IMG/VR virus record: IMGVR_UViG_3300042387_000948
Span: 124,001 to 188,000 of that record
Reading direction: 5' to 3' (one strand)
Length of the DNA: 64,000 nt
Position numbers and translations under genes: made by a program
Shown here: positions 19,574 through 29,986 of the stretch, piece after piece
How the letters are laid out: the number at the start of each line of letters is the position of its first letter
Numbering within the stretch: the first letter of the stretch is position 1
The notes under the pieces: generated by a model
What the model was told of the DNA's origin: nothing
Database searches by the model: none
Seen by the model: the letters and a program-made list of their open reading frames with translations, nothing else

Positions 19574-19605
19574 CAAATATAACACTTTTATTTGGATTTT
19601 CCTAA
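19574..19605 (-). promoter_or_regulatory. Bacteroidota-type promoter
   Basis: TTAGG-N19-TATATTTG, 4 nt before the ATG. Confidence 0.7.
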
Positions 19606-19609
19606 TTTT

Positions 19610-19873
19610 TTATCCTAAATTTTCATTTATGGCAGTTTCATATACCATTTTAGATTGAGCTCCCACAATTCTTTTTACTTCCTTACCATCTTTAACTAAT
19701 AATACAGTTGGTACTGAACGGATTCCAAATTGAGATGCAACATCTGAACTATCATCAATATCGTATTCGTTGAAGGATACTCCACTAAATGAATTTTTTA
19801 CCTCATTAAATGTTGGTGCCAATGTTTTGCATGGGCCGCACCAACTTGCCGAAAATTTCTTAACTTCTAACAT
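19610..19873 (-). CDS. trxA: Thioredoxin
   Basis: WCGPC active site and IRSVPT. Confidence 0.95.
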   Translation of the reverse strand: MLEVKKFSASWCGPCKTLAPTFNEVKNSFSGVSFNEYDIDDSSDVASQFGIRSVPTVLLVKDGKEVKRIVGAQSKMVYETAINENLG

Positions 19874-19893
19874 ATTTTTATTTGTTTATTTGT

Positions 19894-21675
19894 TTATCCC
19901 TCACAACTTACACAGTCCGGGTCAGTTGCTCTTGCTGCAATATCACCTCTTAATACTGATTCGGTTCTCATATAATATAGGGTTTTTACTCCCTGCTTCC
20001 AAGCTTCCATAGTTACTTGATTAATCCATTTCGGGTCAGCGATTGATGGAAATGCTAAGTTTAGAGATACCGCCTGGTCAATGTATTGTTGTCTTATACC
20101 TGCCTGCTTTACCAAATCTAATTGGTTAATCTCTTTGAATGTACGGAATACATCCTTAACTGAATTACATTTATTCTGATGCTCTTCCGTAGTCACTTCG
20201 TTACATTGTACTAACTTACTATCCAAGAAACACCACTCATCTAAAAATGCTAAATCTTGCACCGAACCACCATCTTCTAATATTCTATCCCAAGTTTCTT
20301 TTGTATTTTTTCCAATCTTTTTCAAAACTCTTTCCAATTCAGGATTCTTACGGATAAACGTACCTTTAGAAGTTTGCTCCGTAAATACGTTAGCTGCCCA
20401 AGGTTCAATACCACTACTCACGTTACCACTCAATTTAGAGTTTGATACCGTTGGTGCTACTGCTCTTAGGTGAGTATTTCTGAAACCTGTATCTCTACAC
20501 CATAGGGGTTCTCCCAATTCAGCTGCCATATCTCTACTTGCTCTTTCCGATTCAATCTTAATTTGAGAGAATATTTTACGAGTTTCAAATTGTGCCTGCA
20601 ATCCTTCAAATGGAACACCTTTTTGTTGTAGGTATGTATGCCATCCTAAAACTCCCAATCCCAATGCTCTTCCTTTTGCCGCTGAACGAACTGAATTCTC
20701 AAATCCAACCAATCCCTTAGCTCTTTGAATAAACTCCTCTAAAACACCATCTAAAAACATCGTAGACGTGTACACTAAATCAGTATCTTTCCACTCATCG
20801 TATTTGGCTAAGTTTAGTGATGAAAGGCAACATACAAATGAGTGAGATTCATCAGTATGTAGAACAATCTCCGAACAAATGTTAGTCATAAACACTTTTA
20901 ATCCGTTCTTCTTATATGCTTCTGGATTTTGTTTGTTCACATTACCTTTAAACATAATATAAGGTTCTCCAGTTGCTTTTCTCTTTTGTAATAGTTTACC
21001 CCACTTTCTTCTTGCTTCGGATTCCCCCTCCTGCAACTTTCTCATAAACTTATCACCCACTACCGCACATTGGTGCATATTAAGTGATTGGCGGTTTACA
21101 TCACCCTTTGGTTCTCTAATCTCCAACCAATCTTCAAAATCTTTGTGTTCAATGTTCATATTCACCGAAGCGGCTCCTCTACGAACTGAACCCTGATTTG
21201 TTGCTAATATAGTTGAATCGTAAATCTTACAAAATGGAACTACACCATCGGATGTTCCATTACCAGTAATCTTTGCACCTGCTGGTCTGATTTGATTAAT
21301 ACCAATACCTACACCACCACCATGCTTTGCCAATAACATCAACTCCAAATTCTTATATCCAATCTCATAGATACTATCACCAACATCGATTCCAAAACAA
21401 GAGATTGGTAATCCTCTATCAGTACCTGTATTTGATAATACCGGTGTTGCTAAACATAACCATCCTTTCCAAATGTAATCAAAGAACTTTGTAGCAAGTT
21501 GTGGTTTACCCAATCTTCTAGCTACTGCCGTTGCAACTCTCCAATAGGCATCTTTTGGTTTTTCACCATCTAATAGATAACCTTTTGAGATTGTTTTAAC
21601 GTATATTTCCGTATTTCCCCACGATGGGTAATCAACATCGATTTCCCAACCGAATTCTTCTCCGTAATGCTTCAT
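19894..21675 (-). CDS. nrdA: Class I ribonucleotide reductase alpha subunit (no ATP cone)
   Basis: ATPVLSN, ISCF, TNICSE, APTVSNS, KTLYY, C-terminal CVSC. Confidence 0.96.
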   Translation of the reverse strand: MKHYGEEFGWEIDVDYPSWGNTEIYVKTISKGYLLDGEKPKDAYWRVATAVARRLGKPQLATKFFDYIWKGWLCLATPVLSNTGTDRGLPISCFGIDVGDSIYEIGYKNLELMLLAKHGGGVGIGINQIRPAGAKITGNGTSDGVVPFCKIYDSTILATNQGSVRRGAASVNMNIEHKDFEDWLEIREPKGDVNRQSLNMHQCAVVGDKFMRKLQEGESEARRKWGKLLQKRKATGEPYIMFKGNVNKQNPEAYKKNGLKVFMTNICSEIVLHTDESHSFVCCLSSLNLAKYDEWKDTDLVYTSTMFLDGVLEEFIQRAKGLVGFENSVRSAAKGRALGLGVLGWHTYLQQKGVPFEGLQAQFETRKIFSQIKIESERASRDMAAELGEPLWCRDTGFRNTHLRAVAPTVSNSKLSGNVSSGIEPWAANVFTEQTSKGTFIRKNPELERVLKKIGKNTKETWDRILEDGGSVQDLAFLDEWCFLDSKLVQCNEVTTEEHQNKCNSVKDVFRTFKEINQLDLVKQAGIRQQYIDQAVSLNLAFPSIADPKWINQVTMEAWKQGVKTLYYMRTESVLRGDIAARATDPDCVSCEG

Positions 21676-21685
21676 AAAATTTTAA

Positions 21686-22699
21686 TTAAAATATATCAGA
21701 CCAATCTTCACCTTCGTTTGCTTTACTGTAATCAGTAGGTCTCATTGCAAAGAAGTCGGTATGGGTTACTCCACCAGTTAAGTGATAGAACCAATCTAAT
21801 TGAGATGCTGATTCTTCGTTGTATTCAAAGTAATCATCACCACCGGGTATTGGGTTATATCCCAACTCTCCTAATTTCTCATTAACTCTTTTTGTAATAA
21901 ATTCTTTTAGGTCATCCGCTTTTAGATTTTCTAAATCACCTTTTTCAAATATTCTATCAATGAATTTGTGCTCCAAATCTCTAATGATTAATGCTGCTTC
22001 ATATATAGATGATTTTGCTTCTTCTAACAATTCAGGAAACTCATCACACATATGTCTGAATAATTGACAACCCATCTTTGAATGTAGGGATTCATCTCTA
22101 ACACTCCACTTCATTTGTTGTCCAATTCCTTTTAATAGGTTTCTCATTTGGAATGAATATAGAACTGCAAATGATGAGTATAGTGCTACACCTTCAGCAA
22201 ATGCCGAAAAAATAGCAAGTGAACGAGCAACCTCAACTCTAGCTTTGTGATTTGTTTGTAAATCAGTAGGAGTCCAATCTGCGGTTGTATTTGTTAATAA
22301 TTCAAATCTCTCCTTCATAACATCATCGTGCATAAAACCTGCAAAATCATCCAATCCTAAAGTTTCATTCAAATACGAATATGCAACCGAATGTATTGTT
22401 TCTTGCGAACCAAACGCCATTGCCATTTGTTTAATTTCGTGTTTTGGAAACCATTTAGTTACCATCCCCGTCCAATAATCGGAAACCGCACATTCAGTTT
22501 GGGCAAAACCCAATAGAATATTTCCTACTAAATGTTTTTCTTCTTTTGTTAAATTTTCATTCCAGTCTTTAACATCTCCTTGCATTGGGATTTCGGTATG
22601 TAACCAAAATGCCTGCATTTGCTTCAACCACCCTTCGGTGTAATAGTCTGGATATTCAAATGGTTTGTACGCTATTCTTTCTGTAAATAAATTGCTCAT
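21686..22699 (-). CDS. nrdB: Class I ribonucleotide reductase beta subunit
   Basis: FWLHTE, ETIHSVAY, FAEGVALYSSF, RDESLH, TDFF. Confidence 0.96.
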   Translation of the reverse strand: MSNLFTERIAYKPFEYPDYYTEGWLKQMQAFWLHTEIPMQGDVKDWNENLTKEEKHLVGNILLGFAQTECAVSDYWTGMVTKWFPKHEIKQMAMAFGSQETIHSVAYSYLNETLGLDDFAGFMHDDVMKERFELLTNTTADWTPTDLQTNHKARVEVARSLAIFSAFAEGVALYSSFAVLYSFQMRNLLKGIGQQMKWSVRDESLHSKMGCQLFRHMCDEFPELLEEAKSSIYEAALIIRDLEHKFIDRIFEKGDLENLKADDLKEFITKRVNEKLGELGYNPIPGGDDYFEYNEESASQLDWFYHLTGGVTHTDFFAMRPTDYSKANEGEDWSDIF

Positions 22700-22811
22700 A
22701 TGTAATTATCTTTTTGTATGCTTTAGGTTTTAATAAATACAACCAATCTTAACTTCTCATACAAAAAATTGCATGTTTTTTTAACTTTTTATTTTTATAT
22801 TTTTATATATC

Positions 22812-24209
22812 TTATCCTAGTCCAGATACCGGCTTTACTGCCCCACCCAACGGCATAGTATCCATATATTTTTTGTGTAATAATTGCCTTTCTTCTTCAG
22901 CTCCACTATTACTTTCTTTCCGTGCTAATATCCCATCTGCTGAATTTGCATCAAATACTTCAATTATTCCTTTATTAGTATCCATTTTAGTTGGGAATGT
23001 GATACCATCCATACCAAAACGATTTTTCATAACGTGAACCCTAGCAGTATTGTTTAGTTTATCCTTTGATTTTCTACTAACACTCATAATAAAATCTGCA
23101 TTCATTACTTTAGCGTATGAATCTGCAATCTTATCAGCTTCAATAACCTCTGAATCTATACCACTTCTATTTGTTTGTGATGCTGTCCAAATTGGAATAC
23201 CTAACTCACCACCCATTCCTCTCAATTCAATATACACACCACCTTGCTCCCCATATGTACTATCATTCTTATTTGAGTGTGATAGTAGTAAATCGGCATA
23301 ATCTACAATGATTAAATCGGGTTTATTACCAGCTGCTGTCATCTTTTCAATGTGAGCTTCAATCTTTTTGGATGATACACCCTTTGGTGGGAAATACTTA
23401 ATCAATAACTTACCTGCTAATGATTTTATTTTTCTATGTACTAAATCTCTATTATCAACCAAATCCGCAGATGGGATACTAGTAAAGATTGTATCGTATC
23501 TCTCACCTACATAGTTTTCGGATAGTTCCAATGAGTAGTGAACAACACTCTTACCTGCTTTAACTGCAGCCGCTCCGATTGCTGCAAGAACCCAAGTCTT
23601 ACCAACCCCAGAAGGTGCCACTACAACCCCTAACTCACCCGGTCCTAAACCTCCGTTCATTAATTCGGTAATAACCTCCCACGGAGTAGCAATGGTATCT
23701 CTTTTCTCATCCTCAATACGAGCTATGTAATCCAATAGATAATCATGTCCCAAATCGGTTTCAATACCAACTTTCATTGCCTTATCTACTAAATCCTTAA
23801 TCCTATCGTAATTACCCGCTTTGAGTAAATCTACCGATTGTATAATTACCTCTTTTAGATTCTGATTGATACAAAATGATGAGAACTCCTTCTTTACATA
23901 ATCCGTATCATCTTGTCCAACTTGGGTATAAACTACTTTAAGTTGCTCGATTATGGTTTTTTGTAAAGATGGATTATCTACTTTGGATATTTCTGATTTG
24001 AATACATCCAATGTAGGTTCTTTCTTAAACTCATCAAAATAATCTTTAATTGTTTCAACTATCCATTTATTAGCTTCCGATTCAAAAAACTTCTTATGTA
24101 TAATATCACTTAACGAATCCAAAAGTTTAGCATCCGTCAATAATACAGATATTACTTTTGATTGAAACGATTGACCGTATTTAGATAATGTATCTAATGC
24201 TTCTGCCAT
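22812..24209 (-). CDS. dnaB: Replicative SF4 helicase (gp41/DnaB-like)
   Basis: APSGVGKT, IIVDYAD, WTASQTNR, KNRFG. Confidence 0.93.
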   Translation of the reverse strand: MAEALDTLSKYGQSFQSKVISVLLTDAKLLDSLSDIIHKKFFESEANKWIVETIKDYFDEFKKEPTLDVFKSEISKVDNPSLQKTIIEQLKVVYTQVGQDDTDYVKKEFSSFCINQNLKEVIIQSVDLLKAGNYDRIKDLVDKAMKVGIETDLGHDYLLDYIARIEDEKRDTIATPWEVITELMNGGLGPGELGVVVAPSGVGKTWVLAAIGAAAVKAGKSVVHYSLELSENYVGERYDTIFTSIPSADLVDNRDLVHRKIKSLAGKLLIKYFPPKGVSSKKIEAHIEKMTAAGNKPDLIIVDYADLLLSHSNKNDSTYGEQGGVYIELRGMGGELGIPIWTASQTNRSGIDSEVIEADKIADSYAKVMNADFIMSVSRKSKDKLNNTARVHVMKNRFGMDGITFPTKMDTNKGIIEVFDANSADGILARKESNSGAEEERQLLHKKYMDTMPLGGAVKPVSGLG

Positions 24210-24215
24210 TTATTT

Positions 24216-25259
24216 TTATTTAACTATAATGTTTGAAAATGTTGATTTTAACCAATCGTTAATATCACTCCAATTTTGTAGGATTTTGTATTTAGCGCCT
24301 ACCTTAAAGAACTCCATCTTTTCAAACTTCTTATTTGGTTCTCTAAACCTATCTAAAATTTTCATCTTTTCGTTAGTGGAAATTATAGGTTCGGCTAATT
24401 GCATTAATTGTTGATTTCTTAAAATAACATCTTTATTAGCTACAATATCAGAATATAATTTAGATTCTTTGATTTTAGTTTCCGCAATATCAAAAAACTC
24501 ATCAAATTCTATCTTTCTATCTTCACTTAACTCTGGGAATCTTTTTAGTACTGTCTTTAATCCACACCCCTTTACACCCGGAATATTATCCGAATTATCC
24601 CCATCCAACGTTCTGAATAGAAGTAGATTTTGTGGATATAAGCCATACTCTTCAAATACCGCTTTCCTATCATATTTTTTCTTTTTAGTTGGAGAATAGA
24701 TTGTGACCTTATCATTTACCAATTGTAGGAAATCCTTATCAGTAGATACGATTACACACTCTTCATCCTCACCCAATAGTTGTGTAGTGATGTGTCCGAT
24801 AACATCATCTGCTTCGATACCATCATACACCATTGTTGTAACAGGCAAACTATCTAATATATCCACTAACCAAACGAATTGGCGTTTCATAGATACCTGC
24901 TCATCTTCTTGGGTCATCATTTCGGGGTATTGTCTATTAACTCTGAAACGATTCTTACCTCTTTCAGATTTATACCCCTCATAAATCTTTTTTCTACCAT
25001 TAGAACCACCCTTACCATCAAAAGTAAGGATAACTCTTGTAGGGTTAAATTGGCGAATGCCAAACCCTATTGATTTCAATGAACCAATAACTCCACCCGT
25101 ATGGTCACCATCCTCATTCATTGTAGGATTGGTTGTCCAACTACGGATGAAGGTATTTAGTCCATCAATGATAAGAACTCTACTATTTCTCACTCTTTGA
25201 GAGTTTGAGTCGTGTTCCGTTTCTACTTCATTGAGTAATTTTTTGTAAAGTTCTTTCAT
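24216..25259 (-). CDS. 5'-3' exonuclease / RNase H (flap endonuclease family)
   Basis: LIIDGLN, YKSER, EADD, STDKDFLQ, GDNSDNIPGVKGCGLKT. Confidence 0.93.
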   Translation of the reverse strand: MKELYKKLLNEVETEHDSNSQRVRNSRVLIIDGLNTFIRSWTTNPTMNEDGDHTGGVIGSLKSIGFGIRQFNPTRVILTFDGKGGSNGRKKIYEGYKSERGKNRFRVNRQYPEMMTQEDEQVSMKRQFVWLVDILDSLPVTTMVYDGIEADDVIGHITTQLLGEDEECVIVSTDKDFLQLVNDKVTIYSPTKKKKYDRKAVFEEYGLYPQNLLLFRTLDGDNSDNIPGVKGCGLKTVLKRFPELSEDRKIEFDEFFDIAETKIKESKLYSDIVANKDVILRNQQLMQLAEPIISTNEKMKILDRFREPNKKFEKMEFFKVGAKYKILQNWSDINDWLKSTFSNIIVK

Positions 25260-25282
25260 TTTGTTTGTAACATATTAGTTAA

Positions 25283-26404
25283 TTAATCTCCAATAACTTC
25301 CGAATCTACAAATAGTTCATCTGAATCGATTGTACTACCCTTTTTGTATTGTAAGATGGTTGCCTCACAAATACGTTTGTAGATTTGGTCTTTAACTGAT
25401 TGATTAGTTTCCAATAATTCAGGAAAATCCTTTGATTGGAACTTAATTTCCTCACCGGTATCAGTGTCCACATAAGTGTACCAAGCACCAGATTGTTTAA
25501 GTAAGCTATTGTCTTTCATACTACCCAACCAAGCTCCGTAGTTATCAATACCTCTATCAAAGAAGATATCAAAATCCGCCGTTCGTAATGGTGGGCCCAT
25601 ACGATTCTTTACAACCTGACAACGAACTTTAATTCCCACAATTTGGTCATTTCCATTCTTGTCTTTTGCTTTAATTGTACCCATACCCTTCAATCGTAAA
25701 CGAACCGAAGCATGAAAAGCGATTGCTTTACCACCAGAAGTTGTCCACGGGTCAGAGAATGGCATAGCGTTCATCTTCTGTCTTAATTGATTTGTGAAAA
25801 CCAAAGTGATTTTCTGTCTACCAATTAAGTTAGTGATTTTACGCATTGCTTTTGAGATAATGATTGCCTTATCGGTAGCGTATCCGTCTTTATCGTAATC
25901 AGCATCCATCTCCTTTTTAGTTGATGCTGCTGCTACTGAATCCACTACGATAGTTACATACTTATCCTTTGATGCAACTCTCACTTTTTCGATAATCGTT
26001 TCGGTGTACTCAAAACACTCTTCCACAGTTTCAGCTGCTACATAAAGCATTTTAGATACATCTACTCCAATTGCGTTTAAGAACTCCGCACTTACTGCAT
26101 TTTCAGTATCAATTAATACTGCCAATCCACCTAACTTTTGCGTTTCGGCAAGAAGGTGGGCGGATAAGAGCGATTTACCACTCTGCTCCAACCCAGTAAC
26201 TTCGGTAATTCTACCAACAGGCAATCCACCATAAGGGCGATTTGAGATAGCCACATCCAACAATGATGCTCCAGTTGATACCCAACCTTCTACATTTGTA
26301 GGTGCTTCATCCGAATCCAAAAAGAATGCCACTTTCTGGTCTTTAGATTGTTTGTTTAGAGTTTCAGCAAGTATATCTGCTAACTCAATTTCCTTTTTTG
26401 CCAT
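25283..26404 (-). CDS. recA: RecA/UvsX recombinase
   Basis: GLEQSGKS, IVVDSVAA, FTNQLR, SGGKAIAFHASVR, VKNRMGPP, GAWY. Confidence 0.95.
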   Translation of the reverse strand: MAKKEIELADILAETLNKQSKDQKVAFFLDSDEAPTNVEGWVSTGASLLDVAISNRPYGGLPVGRITEVTGLEQSGKSLLSAHLLAETQKLGGLAVLIDTENAVSAEFLNAIGVDVSKMLYVAAETVEECFEYTETIIEKVRVASKDKYVTIVVDSVAAASTKKEMDADYDKDGYATDKAIIISKAMRKITNLIGRQKITLVFTNQLRQKMNAMPFSDPWTTSGGKAIAFHASVRLRLKGMGTIKAKDKNGNDQIVGIKVRCQVVKNRMGPPLRTADFDIFFDRGIDNYGAWLGSMKDNSLLKQSGAWYTYVDTDTGEEIKFQSKDFPELLETNQSVKDQIYKRICEATILQYKKGSTIDSDELFVDSEVIGD

Positions 26405-26415
26405 AATAACTTATT

Positions 26416-27252
26416 TTAGTTGTTGAAAAGGTCATCAAATGCAGATGTTACATCATCTAATTTCTTAGTTGGTGCTGGTGCTTCCGTTACTGCCTCCACT
26501 TTCGGTGTTGGTGTTGGAATTACCGATTCCGCAGGTGATGCCGTTGAAGATAATGTTTGAGCCGATACTGATGTTTCTAATTCATCATCACCGGTTGCAG
26601 ATGGGTTTAACCATCCCTCTAACACACTTTTCAACTCTGAATAAGTTAATTCTTGATAAAGGTCTGTGATTTCCATTTGGCTTGTAAGGAATTTCTTAGT
26701 TTCCTCCGCTGATTCTACCAATGGTGTTTCTTTTGGTTTTACTCTGATTGTTGTAACAGGGTATGATGTACCACTATCTTCAGCCGATACAATCTCAACA
26801 GTGATATCTCTACCAGTTGTTGGGTCAGTAATATCGCCGTAATCTGGGTCAGCCATATATCCTAAGATTTCTTGGTAAACAGTCTTACCAAATCCCCAAA
26901 AACGAACACCTTCTCCTTCTTCACCTCTTACCAATACAGGTACGAATGTACGAAGTTTTGGCTCCATCTTTTTCGCTGCTTTCCAATCTTCCTTATCACC
27001 CATACGCTTTAATTTGTCAGCGAACTCAACAATTGGGTCAGGTCTGCCAAATGACATTGGAGATAAATAAGATTTGTTGTTAATGTTGTAATGAAAATAA
27101 AGTTCGATAAAAGGATTTTCTTCGTTGAACTTATATGGGACTAATCGGATTTGATGTTTGCCCGGTGCTGGTTTCCACAATTCTACTTTCTTCGATGTGG
27201 TTGATTGCAGTTTGTTCAGTCTGCCTCTGATAGCATCTAAATTAATAGCCAT
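26416..27252 (-). CDS. Single-stranded DNA-binding protein (gp32-like)
   Basis: WKP...IRLVP, FWGFGKTVY, DITDPTTGRD, acidic C-terminal FDDLF. Confidence 0.85.
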   Translation of the reverse strand: MAINLDAIRGRLNKLQSTTSKKVELWKPAPGKHQIRLVPYKFNEENPFIELYFHYNINNKSYLSPMSFGRPDPIVEFADKLKRMGDKEDWKAAKKMEPKLRTFVPVLVRGEEGEGVRFWGFGKTVYQEILGYMADPDYGDITDPTTGRDITVEIVSAEDSGTSYPVTTIRVKPKETPLVESAEETKKFLTSQMEITDLYQELTYSELKSVLEGWLNPSATGDDELETSVSAQTLSSTASPAESVIPTPTPKVEAVTEAPAPTKKLDDVTSAFDDLFNN

Positions 27253-27338
27253 TTTTTTGAGTTTTAAGAGTTTATGATTTATGGTTTTATTTTGGTGTCT
27301 GTCCTACACCGACGTCCTATATAAATATAACGTTCTTA

Positions 27339-27450
27339 CAAAGATACGAAGAATATTTGATAATACCAAATGTTTTTTTAAACTTTTTTTTATGCAGATA
27401 TTTTTCATATAATTGTAACAAAGATACTAATAATTTGTTACAAATCCAAA
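27339..27450 (-). promoter_or_regulatory. Tandem Bacteroidota-type promoters driving the SSB-RecA-helicase operon
   Basis: Two TTTGG-N19-TATCTTTG sites, at 27339-27370 and 27419-27450. Confidence 0.85.
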
Positions 27451-27451
27451 C

Positions 27452-27481
27452 AAAAAAGGGAAAACTTTCGTTCTCCCTTTT
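27452..27481 (-). terminator. Intrinsic terminator
   Basis: AAAAGGGA/TCCCTTTT stem with a T-run. Confidence 0.6.
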
Positions 27482-27483
27482 GT

Positions 27484-28605
27484 TTATCGTATGATTGATT
27501 CTTTTACTAATTGTTGGAGTTGATTAACTGCCAACCTAGCTTCGTTTTGTGTTATAGTATCACCTTTCTTTTCTGCATTATATTCTTCAACTGCTTTTGC
27601 TATTATTTCATTGGGTATATCCATTTTTTCTATATTATCGGCTATTACTGAAAGAAATTGCTCCATTGCCTTTTCTTCATCACTATCAGTATCACCAGCA
27701 AATAATGCTGCCTTACCAACCCCAGCTATAATAGTTTCTTCAACAACATGCGGAATGAATCCACTAACACACTTTGCGGCAAATGCACCAGCACCAGCTC
27801 CCAATCCACCTGTCACAACACCAAGTACAACCCCTAATGCAAACTTTTTAGCAACACTTTTTACTGCTTTCTTTTGTGGTTCGGTCATATCAATACCATC
27901 TTTCCACATTGCAATTCCTGTTGCAGCATCTTTAAATGTATGAACTTCGTGTTTAAACCCTTTTTTAAGAGCATGGTAAGCACCGACTGCTTTATCTTTT
28001 AATGCCTTACCCCAACTTCTTCTTTCTGGTGTATCACCTTTATGTACTTTTTCTTTAAAAAATGCTTTTTCTTCTTCCGCCCAATCTTTGATACCATCTT
28101 TAATTGCTCTAACATACACTTTTGGTTTTGTTACTGCGGTTTTTACATTTTTTCTTAAACCAGCTTCATCATCACTACCTGATGAATGAGCTGCTATTTT
28201 AGCTTGTGTTTCTTTTTCTGTATCCATTCTAGCTGCCATAGCAGGGTCTGCTGTAAATAATTGAGCTTTTACTTGTGGTGATGGTTCGTTTGAGGATGGT
28301 TTTTCAGATTGCGGTGTTTTTTCATCACCACCTTTTTTAGTATTATTAATTGATGGTACTGATTTTCCATCTTTTTCACTACCCAATGATTTGTTTATTG
28401 CTTTTCTTTCTGGTGTCCCATCCTTTGGAAGTGTTTTTTCAGCAGCAATTCTACCTGCACTATCTTTGGGTAATCTTAACAAATTACCAACAATACCTTC
28501 GGTATCTTCACCTTTGGAGTTTTTGTATTTTATCTTTTTATTTAACGCAGGATTACTAAAATTTTTATCATCTGCCTCCGTTACTAACTTTGATAATCTA
28601 ATCAT
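27484..28605 (-). CDS. Hypothetical protein with a Gly-rich hydrophobic segment; possible internal head protein
   Basis: MIRLSKLVTE start; FALGVVLGVVTGGLGAGAGAFAA segment. Confidence 0.6.
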   Translation of the reverse strand: MIRLSKLVTEADDKNFSNPALNKKIKYKNSKGEDTEGIVGNLLRLPKDSAGRIAAEKTLPKDGTPERKAINKSLGSEKDGKSVPSINNTKKGGDEKTPQSEKPSSNEPSPQVKAQLFTADPAMAARMDTEKETQAKIAAHSSGSDDEAGLRKNVKTAVTKPKVYVRAIKDGIKDWAEEEKAFFKEKVHKGDTPERRSWGKALKDKAVGAYHALKKGFKHEVHTFKDAATGIAMWKDGIDMTEPQKKAVKSVAKKFALGVVLGVVTGGLGAGAGAFAAKCVSGFIPHVVEETIIAGVGKAALFAGDTDSDEEKAMEQFLSVIADNIEKMDIPNEIIAKAVEEYNAEKKGDTITQNEARLAVNQLQQLVKESIIR

Positions 28606-28644
28606 TGAAAATATATTTATTATATACTATAAATATTGTGAAAT

Positions 28645-28675
28645 AAAAAAGGAGGAATAAATCCTCCCTTTTTTT
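28645..28675. terminator. Intrinsic terminator after endolysin (bidirectional form)
   Basis: GGAGGA/TCCTCC stem flanked by A- and T-runs. Confidence 0.7.
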
Positions 28676-29546
28676 ATGCTAATAAGTGATAGTATTCTTT
28701 GAAGTGTTTGATTCTGTCTGCCAAACCAATTGTACCTCCGTTTACTCTTTTAGTAATCTTTGTTACAACTGCATCCGAACTTCCTTCATCTGCCATCTTA
28801 TGTAATCCATTTTTAGAAAAAAACCAAGCTGCTGATAATAATGCATATGGACCAGCTACTTTATCCTGATTAACTGTCATATCTTCACCAATTGATTTAC
28901 CAAATGCAGTATAATTTTCTTTTCCAGTCAATTGGATATATCCTCTTCCTCTGAATTTGTATCCCTCTCCACTACTTTCAGGTCCGTTACCCATTCTACC
29001 ACCATATACTCTATTTGCAATCTTTTCCGGCTTTCTTTCGTAAGCTGCTGCTAATGCTGAAGTTGGGAAGTACTTTTTGAATATACCCATCAAACCTTTT
29101 GCAGAATAGTTTAGGTTTTCTTGCGTTGCACGGAATCCTCCACTTTCGTGTCCACATTGTGCTAAGAAGTGTGCTAATCTTAACGGTGTATTGATACCGA
29201 ACTTTGCAGCAGTATCAGGAATCATTGCAATTACATTATCAGGAATATGACCTTTTAATTTTGCCAAATTCAATCCAGCTACACTTACCACCGGTGTAGA
29301 TGAAACAGGTTGTGGTGCAGGTACAGTAGCGGTTGGTTGTGCTACTGGTTTTGGAATTTGGGTAACTCCCATAATTTTGTTCCAAGTATTAGGTCCAACA
29401 ATACCATCGGCAGTTAAACCATTCTTTGCTTGCCATGCTTTTACAGCATCTTCCGTTTTAGGACCGAAGTTACCAATTGGTTCTAAACCCAATTTGGCTT
29501 GTAACTTCTTAACATCTTCGTTATTATCGCCTCTTTTTAATAACAT
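28674..29546 (-). CDS. Endolysin: peptidoglycan-binding domain + GH19 catalytic domain
   Basis: DGIVGPNTW PG-binding; FLAQCGHESGGF, ENLNYS, FRGRGYIQLTGKENY, INGG-like VNGG. Confidence 0.92.
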   Translation of the reverse strand: MLLKRGDNNEDVKKLQAKLGLEPIGNFGPKTEDAVKAWQAKNGLTADGIVGPNTWNKIMGVTQIPKPVAQPTATVPAPQPVSSTPVVSVAGLNLAKLKGHIPDNVIAMIPDTAAKFGINTPLRLAHFLAQCGHESGGFRATQENLNYSAKGLMGIFKKYFPTSALAAAYERKPEKIANRVYGGRMGNGPESSGEGYKFRGRGYIQLTGKENYTAFGKSIGEDMTVNQDKVAGPYALLSAAWFFSKNGLHKMADEGSSDAVVTKITKRVNGGTIGLADRIKHFKEYYHLLA

Positions 29547-29560
29547 TTCTTAAATATTGT

Positions 29561-29986
29561 TTAATTAGTGGTTGTAACTTCTTCTTTTTCCTCACCAAAT
29601 GATATTACCTCAAAAACACGAGTTTGTATCTTTTTAGTTCCGGTTGCGTTTGTTAATATGATTGAATTCTTAAACTTAGGCCAATCAATTACAAAATTGG
29701 AGTTCAATACCCCACCATTCTCCTCTTTAACTAATTCGTTAAGAGCATTAATTGTGTATAAGGTATTAGATTCCTTTTTTCTATGTATTAATATAGTGTT
29801 TTCTAACGGAGTTGCCGGTTGAAAAGCTGTATCTATGTTGTATGTAATAAACAATTCCTCTAAATTGGATTTGTTTTGTAGAATATAAATATAGTTGTAA
29901 ACTATATGATATATTTCTCTAATTTGTTGTAGAGTGTTTTGTAACTCTTCTTTTGTTGTAAACGTGCAAAGTAACTGTGTCTTCAT
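29561..29986 (-). CDS. Hypothetical protein
   Basis: 141 aa; QLLCTF, HRKKESNTLYTINALN. Confidence 0.7.
   Translation of the reverse strand: MKTQLLCTFTTKEELQNTLQQIREIYHIVYNYIYILQNKSNLEELFITYNIDTAFQPATPLENTILIHRKKESNTLYTINALNELVKEENGGVLNSNFVIDWPKFKNSIILTNATGTKKIQTRVFEVISFGEEKEEVTTTN

Noticed and set aside
11973-26404. Inteins or introns in polB, nrdA, helicase or recA
   Set aside because: Lengths and motif spacing are normal, and no insertion is seen.
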